In this document: piece after piece, positions 9,762-17,497 of the stretch
How positions within the stretch are numbered: the first letter of the stretch is position 1
How the letters are laid out: each line of letters starts with the position of its first letter
NCBI GenBank assembly: GCA_964587525.1
Contig: CAZPLZ010000001.1
Coordinates: 1-53,172, forward strand
Length of the DNA stretch: 53,172 nucleotides
Direction of reading: 5' to 3'
DNA from: an uncultured bacterium
GTDB lineage: Bacteria; Oederibacteriota; CAKKQC01
The notes under the pieces: model-generated
The model's input: only the letters and a program-made list of their open reading frames with translations
Databases searched by the model: none
Told to the model about the DNA's origin: nothing
Translations under genes and position numbers: made by a program

Positions 9762-9887
9762 TCTTACCCGTGACCCTGGTTATAGAAAGGGGTCAGGAGC
9801 CTTTTTACGTTTGGATTGGTACCGGTTGGAGCCACAGTGGCACAAGAGTGGGCCCACGGATGGGGGTGGCCGTCGTTATATGATTCG

Positions 9888-10409
9888 CTAACGCCGCTTT
9901 TTCCGTGAACGCGATATTGGCTTGTATCCTTCTGGACGCCTCTCCATCACCGTTGTTCCACCGCGCGAAGCGTTACCGTAGGCCCGAGGGGCGGCCAAGC
10001 CTTCAAGTCTTGCCGTCCGAGCCAGCCGTTGGTCGGCTGTCGCAAACGCAAGTTTCCCGCCTCTGATGCCGGAAGACACCCATAACGCGCTGGCAAGATG
10101 TATGGCGTCCAACCCACGCAGAGCATGCCTGGTGGCGAGATCGCCGGCCCGTCGTGCCAGTTCATCCGAAACTTCCGCCTTCTCGATGCCATTCCAGTCC
10201 ATCTGGAAGGAACGTAGTGCGGCGCGGTATGCAGTTTCATTCAAACCGCCTTCTCTGCGCTTGCGTGCCAGAGCCGAGCACAACTCCGCGTACGAAACGA
10301 CCGAAGTGACGATCGCCGAAGCCGTTGACATTGTTGTCCGGGCTGTTTCCGAATCCTCTTCAGCCGCATAGAGCTTAACCAGGAAACTTGTGTCAAAGTA
10401 GGCGATCAA
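9888..10409 (-). CDS. vapC: PIN-domain toxin VapC (type II TA) with a ~33-aa basic C-terminal extension
   Basis: MIAYFDTSFLVKLY (first acidic PIN residue), ..SYAEL.., GLDAIHLASAL, FATADQRLA. 4-nt overlap with the upstream antitoxin. Confidence 0.85.
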   Translation of the reverse strand: MIAYFDTSFLVKLYAAEEDSETARTTMSTASAIVTSVVSYAELCSALARKRREGGLNETAYRAALRSFQMDWNGIEKAEVSDELARRAGDLATRHALRGLDAIHLASALWVSSGIRGGKLAFATADQRLARTARLEGLAAPRAYGNASRGGTTVMERRPEGYKPISRSRKKRR

Positions 10410-10684
10410 TACCTATTCTCAAGTATGATCTTTGAGAGCGGCTTGCCCTTTACACGGACAGGCGGGTTCAGGCCCAGGGGCTTCCGACCGTTTCCAAGGA
10501 TAATCAGTCCGCTTCTCGCGAGTTCTTCCATTTGCCGGCGTGCCGGGGAAGAAGGCTCAGCAGGCGGGGACATGACGGCGACCGTCCGTCCGCGGGCGGT
10601 CACCCGTACCGTTTCCCCGGCTTGCACTCTCCTGATGTATGAACTCAATCTAATCTTCAGTTCACGAATCCCGGCGGTAATCAT
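10406..10684 (-). CDS. Phd/YefM-type (prevent-host-death) antitoxin
   Basis: GIRELKIRLSSYIRRVQAGETVRVTARGRTVAVMSP is the canonical N-terminal Phd/YefM pattern. Overlaps the vapC start. Confidence 0.8.
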   Translation of the reverse strand: MITAGIRELKIRLSSYIRRVQAGETVRVTARGRTVAVMSPPAEPSSPARRQMEELARSGLIILGNGRKPLGLNPPVRVKGKPLSKIILENRY

Positions 10685-10712
10685 ACGGGGCCCTCCTTGT
10701 CCTTGTGGTCAC

Positions 10713-10741
10713 ATTTTAGCCGGATGTGGTTCCATAAGCAA
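10713..10741 (-). promoter_or_regulatory. Putative sigma-70 promoter of vapBC (TTGCTT-N17-TAAAAT)
   Basis: On the minus strand, TTGCTT (10741-10736), a 17-nt spacer and TAAAAT (10718-10713). An AAGGAGGG SD follows, then the ATG at 10684. Confidence 0.4.
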
Positions 10742-10818
10742 TACGCCGCGAACAGCATCGTAGCGGGGGTCGAGGAGATCTTTCCGAAGGCGTCGCTCGC
10801 AGTGTCGATGGAGCTCGC

Positions 10819-10847
10819 TTGGCATGGCCTTAAGGCTGGCCTATACT
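10819..10847 (+). promoter_or_regulatory. Putative sigma-70 promoter, TTGGCA-N17-TATACT, only 7 nt upstream of the SBP ATG (leaderless geometry)
   Basis: TTGGCA 10819-10824, TATACT 10842-10847, ATG 10855. No SD in between. Confidence 0.4.
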
Positions 10848-10854
10848 GCTTGAC

Positions 10855-12264
10855 ATGAGCTTGAGCCGAGTTTCGTTTGCACTGGTGCTGGCGTTCGCCG
10901 TGGCCGGATGCGGTAAAGAGAAAGGTGCGAAGACCCTCCGCATCCTGGCCCTGAACTGGCCGCAGGCGGCCCACGAACAGTGGCTGGCGGACAACGTGTT
11001 CACGCCCCAGACCGGCATCAAGGTGGTGCTGGAGACCAACCAGTACAACGTGGTCGAGCAGAAGATGAAGCAGGTCATCAACGCGAAATCGGATCAGTAC
11101 GACATCGTTCACTACGACAGCCAGTGGCTCGGTGGGTTTGTGGCCGCAGGCGGGCTGGAGCGGCTGGACACCCCGGAGTACCTGGGTGAACCCAGATGTC
11201 CGGTCAAATTTGACGACTTCCTGGCCTCGGTCAGTTACATCCTGGGCAAGTACCCCACGCAGGAGCGGGATATCTTCCGGGGGGAGTACGAGAAATATGC
11301 TGAGACACCCGTGTACGGACTGCCCTGGGCCACCGGATGCCAGATCCTCTTTTACCGGGCAGATTTATTCGAGGAAGCCGGCATCGCGGGGCCCCCGCAG
11401 ACCTGGAAGGAGTTTGTGAAAATTGCCCTCAAGTTGAACAACCCCCCGGAGCGGTACGGCGCCTTCACCCACGCGGGGCGGCAGGGCGACTACATCACGC
11501 AGGATTTCTTCCCGATCTTGTGGGCGTTCGGCGGGGAGCTGTGGGATCCTGAGGCCTGGAAGGCGGAGGGGATCCTCAACAGCACGTCGAATATTCTCGC
11601 GCTGAAATTTTACGCGGGCTGGAACACGAACCACAAGATCGTGCCGGCCGAGTCAGCCAACTGGGGCAACGAGGAAGTCTTCAACGCCCTGGCGCAGGAC
11701 AAGGTGGCCATGGGACAGTTCTGGGCCACGTTCGGGGCCTCGTTGGAGGACCCGAAGGTTTCCAAGGTGGTGGGGAAGATCGCGTACGCGCCGGTGCCGG
11801 GCGTGAAGGATAAGAAGACCGGCAGGATTCGCCGGGCCTCCATGTTCGGCTGTCAGGGCACAGCGATCACGTCGTTTTCGAACCACAAAGGTGAGGCATG
11901 GCAGTACTTAAAATGGCTTCAATCCAGCCGGATCCAGAAGTCGCTGCTGGATGACCCGAAGAGTGCCTTCATCTCGGCTCGCAAGGATTTGACGGGTTAC
12001 ACCGCTTCGCGCAGTCCGCGCAACAAGGTCGTGCTGGACTCCCTTTTGTTCGCGCACGATTTTTGGAACAACCCGGACTACTCTGAGCTGCTGTCTGTCA
12101 TCCAGCGTGAGCTGAACCTGGCCTTTATCGGTTCGAAATCCGCGAAGGAGGCACTGGACGCGGCCACGGCGGAGATCCAGCGTGTGCTCGACGCGAGCCC
12201 GTACAGGCCTTCCCCCGCAGCGGCTCAGCCTCTCTCTAGTACGACGTCGCAAGCTTCGACATAA
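10855..12264 (+). CDS. ABC transporter substrate-binding lipoprotein (family 1, sugar-type)
   Basis: Lipoprotein signal MSLSRVSFALVLAFAVAGC. Size, composition and position ahead of two MalFG-type permeases and a MalK-type ATPase. Confidence 0.85.
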   Translation: MSLSRVSFALVLAFAVAGCGKEKGAKTLRILALNWPQAAHEQWLADNVFTPQTGIKVVLETNQYNVVEQKMKQVINAKSDQYDIVHYDSQWLGGFVAAGGLERLDTPEYLGEPRCPVKFDDFLASVSYILGKYPTQERDIFRGEYEKYAETPVYGLPWATGCQILFYRADLFEEAGIAGPPQTWKEFVKIALKLNNPPERYGAFTHAGRQGDYITQDFFPILWAFGGELWDPEAWKAEGILNSTSNILALKFYAGWNTNHKIVPAESANWGNEEVFNALAQDKVAMGQFWATFGASLEDPKVSKVVGKIAYAPVPGVKDKKTGRIRRASMFGCQGTAITSFSNHKGEAWQYLKWLQSSRIQKSLLDDPKSAFISARKDLTGYTASRSPRNKVVLDSLLFAHDFWNNPDYSELLSVIQRELNLAFIGSKSAKEALDAATAEIQRVLDASPYRPSPAAAQPLSSTTSQAST

Positions 12265-12314
12265 AGTTCTTCCGGTTCACCCTGTTCGCACCCGCTATCG
12301 GGTTTCTCGCCGTC

Positions 12315-13124
12315 ATGACCCTGGCGCCGTTTGTGTATGTGTTCGCGGCGAGCCTGTTCCAGGTGCGGCTGGGCGTGCCGGTTGAGTTTGTGGGCCTTAA
12401 GCACTACGGCCGTCTCCTTGCCGATCCATACTTCTGGCTTGCCACGCGCAACACGGTCGCGCTGACGCTGTTTGCGACCGCGGCGGAGCTCGTGTTTGGC
12501 TGCTCGCTGGCGCTGCTGTTCCGGCGTGCGCTTCCAGGTTCAGGTGCCATGCGGTTTGTGATCCTGATCCCTATGATGTTGTCCCCGCTGCTGGTGGGGT
12601 TGTTCTGGAAGTACATGCTGGACCAGGTGTTCGGCGTGATGACGTGGTTCTGCGAGTTGGCGGGCGCCGGCCGGCCCAGTTTTCTGACGCACCCACTCCT
12701 CGCGTTCGCCTCGATCCTGCTGGTGGATCTGTGGCAGTGGACCCCGTTTGTGTTTCTGCTGTGCCTGGCGGGGCTGACGAGCCTGCCACCGGAGCTGGAG
12801 GAGGCCGCGATTCTGGAGCGGGCGCCAGTTTGGATGCGGCTCCGGGCGCTGGTGCTGCCGCACCTCAAGCCTGCGCTGCTGCTGGCCGGGCTCTTCCGCG
12901 GTATCGACACGATGAAGATTTTCGACCTGGTGTATATCCTGACCGGGGGGGGACCGGGGGACGCCACGGTGACCCTGAGTGTGCTGACCTACCGGCTGGG
13001 GTTTTTGTATTTTGACATTGGCCGGGCCAGCGCGCTCGCGATCCTGCTCCTGCTGTTTACGAACGCCCTCGCCATGCTCGCGCTCAAGCGGGTCATGGCG
13101 CAGCCCCGGCGGGTTTATTATTAG
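12315..13124 (+). CDS. ABC sugar transporter permease (MalF/UgpA type); N-terminus probably mis-set
   Basis: EAA loop LEEAAILERAPVWMRLRALVLP with multiple TM segments. The frame is open upstream to 12240 and reads KFFRFTLFAPAIGFLAV before the ATG (see finding). Confidence 0.85.
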   Translation: MTLAPFVYVFAASLFQVRLGVPVEFVGLKHYGRLLADPYFWLATRNTVALTLFATAAELVFGCSLALLFRRALPGSGAMRFVILIPMMLSPLLVGLFWKYMLDQVFGVMTWFCELAGAGRPSFLTHPLLAFASILLVDLWQWTPFVFLLCLAGLTSLPPELEEAAILERAPVWMRLRALVLPHLKPALLLAGLFRGIDTMKIFDLVYILTGGGPGDATVTLSVLTYRLGFLYFDIGRASALAILLLLFTNALAMLALKRVMAQPRRVYY

Positions 13125-13943
13125 ATGAAGCAGCCTGGCTTGGGTGTGCGCTGGCTCTTGCAGCTTATGGCGGCGGCGTTTTTTGCCTTTCCGCTGCTTT
13201 GGATGTTTCTCACCGCGTTCAAGCTCCGGGTGGATGTGTTTTCGCCGACGCCCAAGTTTGTCTTCCGGCCCACGCTGGAGAATTATGTCCTGATGCTCAC
13301 GCAGACCCCGTTTCCTTCGCATCTCTTGAACAGCGTGGTGGTCGCGGTGGTGTCCACGGGGCTGGCACTCCTCCTCGCCGCACCCTGCGCCCATGGGTTC
13401 GCGCGCCAAGCCGTGTTCAAGGGCTCTGAACCCCTGTTCTTCTGGGTGCTCTCGCTGCGCATGCTCCCACCGGTGGCGCTGGCGGTGCCATTTTTTGTGG
13501 TGTTCAGCAAGCTGGGACTGCACGATTCGTTGCTCGCGCTGATCTTGCTGCACACGATGGTGAGTACGGCTTTGGCCATCTGGTTGCTCAAGGGGTTTTT
13601 CTCGGAGGTGCCGCGCGAGCTTGAAGAATCTGCTGCGCTGGAGGGTTTGCGGCCGTGGGGGGTGTTCTTGAAGGTGAGCCTCCCGTTGGCCATACCCGGC
13701 CTGGCGGCCACCGCGGTGTTGTGTTTGATCACCTCGCTGAACGAGTTCCTGTTCGCGCTGGTGCTCACGGCTGACCGAGCGGTGACCGCACCGGTGGGGC
13801 TTTCGAATTTCCAGAAGTTTTTCGGTCTGGAGTGGGGCCAGTTCGCGGCCGCGGCCACACTGTTTGTTGCACCGGTGATGGCGTTTGCCTGGTACGTGCA
13901 GCCGCACCTGATCCGGGGTATGGCCCTGCAGCAGGGGAGGTGA
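13125..13943 (+). CDS. ABC sugar transporter permease (MalG/UgpE type)
   Basis: EAA loop ELEESAALEGLRPWGVFLKVSLP, six hydrophobic segments. Starts 1 nt after the previous stop. Confidence 0.9.
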   Translation: MKQPGLGVRWLLQLMAAAFFAFPLLWMFLTAFKLRVDVFSPTPKFVFRPTLENYVLMLTQTPFPSHLLNSVVVAVVSTGLALLLAAPCAHGFARQAVFKGSEPLFFWVLSLRMLPPVALAVPFFVVFSKLGLHDSLLALILLHTMVSTALAIWLLKGFFSEVPRELEESAALEGLRPWGVFLKVSLPLAIPGLAATAVLCLITSLNEFLFALVLTADRAVTAPVGLSNFQKFFGLEWGQFAAAATLFVAPVMAFAWYVQPHLIRGMALQQGR

Positions 13944-13946
13944 ACT

Positions 13947-15044
13947 GTGGCGAGGATTGAGATCAAGGGGCTTACGGTCCGATACGGTGAGGCCGAGGCC
14001 GTGAAGCGGGTGAGCCTCGTGATCGAAGACGGGCAGTACTGCTGCCTGCTCGGGCCGTCCGGCTGTGGCAAGACATCGCTGTTGCGCGCGCTGGCGGGGT
14101 TTGCTCCTGTCACGGCGGGCGATGTCCTGATTGACGGTGAGCGGGTGAATGCGGTGTACCCGGGTGATCGCAACCTGGCGATGATCTTCCAGAACTTCGC
14201 GCTCTACCCACATCTCACGGTCCGCGAGAACTTCGAGTTCCCTCTGCGGGCGGCGAGACGGCCGGCGGCTGAGATCGCGGTGCAGCTCAAGCGTGTGGCG
14301 GAGGCGCTTCACATGGAGGAGTTGCTGGATCGGTATCCGCGCGAGCTGTCGGGTGGGCAGCAGCAGCGGGTGGCGATCGGCCGTGCGATCATGCGCACGC
14401 CGCGGGCGTTCCTGCTGGATGAACCGCTGGGCAACCTGGATGCGAAGCTGAGGGTGAACATGCGCACACACATGCGGCAGCTCCATGATGAGCTCAAGGC
14501 GACCTTCATCCACGTGACCCATGACCAGACTGAGGCGCTGGCTCTGGCGGACATGATCGTGGTGATGAACGAGGGGGCGGTGGAGCAGGTTGGACCGCCT
14601 GCGGAGCTGTACGATCAGCCGGCGACAGCGTTCGTGGCTGGTTTCATCGGTAACCCGCCGATGAATCTCCTCGAGGGGGTGTTGCGGGAAGAGGCGCTCG
14701 GCGTGACGTTTAAGGCCTCCGGGTTCACCCTGGACTTCACCGGTCATCCCCTCGCGCCGGTACTGCGGCGTTCACTGAACCGCCGCGTGCTGGCGGGGTT
14801 TCGGCCCGAGCACGCGCTGGCGGGAATGGCGGCAGGCGGGGGGATCCGCGCACAGGTCGCGCTGGTCGAGTTTGCGGGCGAGGAGTGTGTGCTGAACCTG
14901 CTGGCGGGCCCGTACGCGGTCAAGGTGCGTGTGGCAAGGGCATCGCTGGGCGGGCCTGTGTCAGCCGGCACCGAGGTGATGCTGGCGATTCCAAAAGATC
15001 GGTTAACATTTTTTGACGCCGAGACCGGTAAACGGATCAGTTGA
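13947..15044 (+). CDS. ABC transporter ATP-binding protein (MalK/UgpC type)
   Basis: GTG start. Walker [11 protein letters not shown]-loop, signature [14 protein letters not shown], Walker B FLLDEPL, H-loop VTHDQ, C-terminal TOBE-like domain. Confidence 0.95.
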   Translation: MARIEIKGLTVRYGEAEAVKRVSLVIEDGQYCCLLGPSGCGKTSLLRALAGFAPVTAGDVLIDGERVNAVYPGDRNLAMIFQNFALYPHLTVRENFEFPLRAARRPAAEIAVQLKRVAEALHMEELLDRYPRELSGGQQQRVAIGRAIMRTPRAFLLDEPLGNLDAKLRVNMRTHMRQLHDELKATFIHVTHDQTEALALADMIVVMNEGAVEQVGPPAELYDQPATAFVAGFIGNPPMNLLEGVLREEALGVTFKASGFTLDFTGHPLAPVLRRSLNRRVLAGFRPEHALAGMAAGGGIRAQVALVEFAGEECVLNLLAGPYAVKVRVARASLGGPVSAGTEVMLAIPKDRLTFFDAETGKRIS

Positions 15045-16149
15045 GCGGACCAGTGCGGTTGAGCGGCCAGAAGCGCTTGTAGGCGTGGCCGAAGATGTTT
15101 GCTCTTGGAACCGGCCCGAAGTAGCGTGAGTCTTTGCTGTTGTCGCGGTTGTCTCCCATGACGAAGTAGCTACCCTCCGGGACCGTGATGGTCCCGAACT
15201 CGTCGCGCCTGATGTTGCGCCAGAGCGGGTCAGCGAAAACGGCGTAGGGTTCGTCAAGTTTACGCCCGTCGATCAGCACGGTGGTCTTGCTGACCGTCAC
15301 CTGCTCTCCTGGCAGGCCGATCACCCGCTTGATGTAGTCGGTGCCAGGGTTATCGGGTGGTTTGAATACGATCAGATCGCCACGGTTGATCCTCGCCTCG
15401 GGCTTGGCCCAGATCCGGTCACCGATGAGGAGGGTGGGCTCCATGGATGAGGATGGGATCTTGAAAGATTTCACTTGAGTTTTGAGCCAGGCCCCCCACG
15501 GGAGTTGCGCGACCATCCAGGCGGCAAGGGCATAAGTCCATATCTGACGGCTCATCCGGGGGAGCCGGGGCCGGTGCCCGTGGCGCCGGAAGGCTGCCGT
15601 GTAGGCGTGAACGATGGCCACCGCAGACAACACGGTGCCAGCCGCCACCGTGAGCCATGTGGGCCATTGCATGAGCCAGTTTGGCCATCCTGGCGCTGGA
15701 GGTGTTTCTAGCGCTTCTCCCAGTAGAAGCACGATGCCTGGCGTGAGAAAGACCGGCGCCAGCAGAAGCCAGGTGAACCAGCGTTGACTGTACACATACA
15801 CGTGCCCCAAGCCTGGGAACAACACGGAGAGGGCGGCAGCCAGTGCCGGCCTTCGGCGGCGGCGGCGGCGGTGGGTCGCGCTGCGAGCCACTCGGTAGGC
15901 GTCAAACCAGCTCCCGACCTCAAAGACGAGCATCCCGGTGAACCAGAGCGCACCTTCCAGCGAGCTGTACCGGATCTCGCTCAGGATCCAGTTCAGGCAG
16001 CCGGTCGTGGTGGCCAGCGCGCCGGCAAACCAGACGAGGGCGCGCAGCGGACGGTTCGTGTAGAGCTGGCCCAGGCCGGGGGCGAGCATGGACAGTCCCA
16101 CAGCGAGCCATGGATTGAAAGGCTTGACAGGGTGGCCAGTGGTTTTCAT
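15037..16149 (-). CDS. Signal peptidase I (S26) fused to a ~220-aa N-terminal polytopic membrane domain built from two repeated modules
   Basis: C-terminal half: FKIPSSSMEPTLLIGDRIW, YIKRVIGLPGE, GDNRDNSKDSRYFGPV. N-terminal half: two copies of the S(M/V)L(A/F)PGLG(Q/H)xY ... AY..A.R module separated by an R7 run. Confidence 0.85.
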   Translation of the reverse strand: MKTTGHPVKPFNPWLAVGLSMLAPGLGQLYTNRPLRALVWFAGALATTTGCLNWILSEIRYSSLEGALWFTGMLVFEVGSWFDAYRVARSATHRRRRRRRPALAAALSVLFPGLGHVYVYSQRWFTWLLLAPVFLTPGIVLLLGEALETPPAPGWPNWLMQWPTWLTVAAGTVLSAVAIVHAYTAAFRRHGHRPRLPRMSRQIWTYALAAWMVAQLPWGAWLKTQVKSFKIPSSSMEPTLLIGDRIWAKPEARINRGDLIVFKPPDNPGTDYIKRVIGLPGEQVTVSKTTVLIDGRKLDEPYAVFADPLWRNIRRDEFGTITVPEGSYFVMGDNRDNSKDSRYFGPVPRANIFGHAYKRFWPLNRTGPLN

Positions 16150-16154
16150 ATGAT
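16124..16154 (+). promoter_or_regulatory. Putative promoter TTGACA-N19-TATGAT, 9 nt upstream of the CDGSH ATG
   Basis: TTGACA 16124-16129 and TATGAT 16149-16154, both inside the divergent signal-peptidase gene. The spacer is long, hence low confidence. Confidence 0.3.
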
Positions 16155-16163
16155 CATTAAGGT

Positions 16164-16361
16164 ATGGCCATAGACGATCCGGTATCGACGACAGGACAGA
16201 AGGCGCTGATCCCCCAGAGATCCCCCTACGTTCTCGAGCTGGAGCCGGGGGAGTACTGGTGGTGCCGTTGCGGCCGCTCCAAGGATCAGCCGTTCTGTGA
16301 TGGCTCGCATCAAGGCACGGGGTTCTCGCCGGTTCAGTTCACGCTGACCGAGAAGAAGTAA
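16164..16361 (+). CDS. CDGSH iron-sulfur domain protein, first domain (ORF stops where a second domain normally follows)
   Basis: [25 protein letters not shown] is the CDGSH 2Fe-2S motif C-x-C-x2-S-x3-P-x-C-D-G-S-H. Confidence 0.85.
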   Translation: MAIDDPVSTTGQKALIPQRSPYVLELEPGEYWWCRCGRSKDQPFCDGSHQGTGFSPVQFTLTEKK

Positions 16362-16431
16362 GGTGGCGATGTGCGGCTGCAAGCGCACGGGCACTCAGCC
16401 GTACTGCAATGGTAGTCACGCAAAACTCTGA
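16360..16431 (+). other. Second CDGSH-type motif in the +1 frame relative to 16164..16361 (frameshifted continuation or split gene)
   Basis: The frame starting at 16360 reads [23 protein letters not shown]. Spacing to the first domain matches two-domain CDGSH proteins if T16359 is skipped. Confidence 0.6.
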
Positions 16432-16698
16432 AACGTAGGCAAGACCTTTCCGAAGAGTTTCTCTCCCCTGACAAAATTTAGGCGATGCCCCCTTTCCCCG
16501 TTTGGGGAAGCGCTCTCATGGCTTGAGGGATCGCCTGTATAAAACCCTAGATCAATTCTTCTTGATGCGAGATATACCGGAGTGCGCAGTCGTTGTCAAG
16601 TCTGGGCGAGAAATTTTTTCTGGGGTTGCGACCGTGGTGAACGAAGAAACCGCATCATACGGTAGAGGGACGACCCTGCACCAGCTGTAGCATGACGA

Positions 16699-17493
16699 TC
16701 AGCCGGTCTCACCGATCCAGCGGTGCTTGGGATCATCTCGGCTGATGAGCTTGCGCTCACGGAACGATGCGAGCGCCCAAAAGTAGTACAGTTCGTAGCC
16801 CGGCGCGGCCACGACGGGGTGGTATCCCCGCGGGAAGGTCACCACATCACCGTCTTCCACCACGAACACCTGGTTGTACCCGTCGGCGCTGTAGACCCGT
16901 TGCAGGCCGAATCCCTGCTTCGGCTGGAGGCGGTAATAGTACAGTTCCTCCAGCTTGGCTTCCTCCGGCAGGTTGTCCTGGTCGTGCTTGTGCGGAGGGG
17001 CGCTGGACCAGTTGCCGGGAGGGTTGAACGTTTCGCCGAAGATCAGGCTCTGGGCCTCCAGGTTGTCCACCCCGACGTCATGCACTTTGCGGTACCAGTT
17101 GTCCTTGCCGACCTCGCGGACCTTCACGTCCTTGGGCCGGATGACCGCTGGTGGGCCGCCGGCCGTGGCCGGCGCTTTGCACATCGCGGCATGGACCTCG
17201 TTGTTGGCTTCGATCACATAGCGGGTGTGTGGAGGCAGGTACACCGCCGAGGCCTTGCCGCTGAACACGTCTTTCCGATCGCCAACTTTCTTGAAGGCAA
17301 AACCTTCGCCCTGTACGGAGCAGGTCCCGCTAAAGAGGTAAAAGACTACCTCCTCGTCCTTGGTGCCTTCGCGCAGCTCTTCCCCGGCCTTGAGGCTCAC
17401 GAGACCGAACTCCAGCAGCAGGAGGTCCTGCCGCTTGCGCTTGACGATCCAGCGCAAGCCACTGCCCGGGTGTGGCTTGAAGTGGGTGGCCAT
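16699..17493 (-). CDS. iolB: 5-deoxy-glucuronate isomerase IolB (KduI/IolB cupin family)
   Basis: GNWSSAPPHKHDQDNLPEEAKLEELYYYRL.P.QGFGLQRVY and FPRGYHPVVAAPGYELYYFW are typical IolB blocks. Confidence 0.85.
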   Translation of the reverse strand: MATHFKPHPGSGLRWIVKRKRQDLLLLEFGLVSLKAGEELREGTKDEEVVFYLFSGTCSVQGEGFAFKKVGDRKDVFSGKASAVYLPPHTRYVIEANNEVHAAMCKAPATAGGPPAVIRPKDVKVREVGKDNWYRKVHDVGVDNLEAQSLIFGETFNPPGNWSSAPPHKHDQDNLPEEAKLEELYYYRLQPKQGFGLQRVYSADGYNQVFVVEDGDVVTFPRGYHPVVAAPGYELYYFWALASFRERKLISRDDPKHRWIGETG

Positions 17494-17497
17494 GGCT

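Noticed and set aside
9762-9887. Hairpin GACCC-N13-GGGTC followed 7 nt later by TTTTT after the TIM-barrel gene, considered as a terminator
   Set aside because: The stem is short, the loop is large and the U-run is displaced. Too weak to annotate.
12540-14747. 735-aa ORF on the minus strand spanning the ABC permease and ATPase genes
   Set aside because: It is antisense to three well-supported transporter genes. Its H/R/Q/P/L-rich composition (..[32 protein letters not shown]..) is the familiar shadow translation of an ABC ATPase in GC-rich DNA. No motifs of its own.
16502-16690. 62-aa TTG-initiated ORF in the CDGSH-iolB gap
   Set aside because: No SD, no motif, and it lies in an AT-richer non-coding-looking region. 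Kept only as a remark under the non-coding finding.
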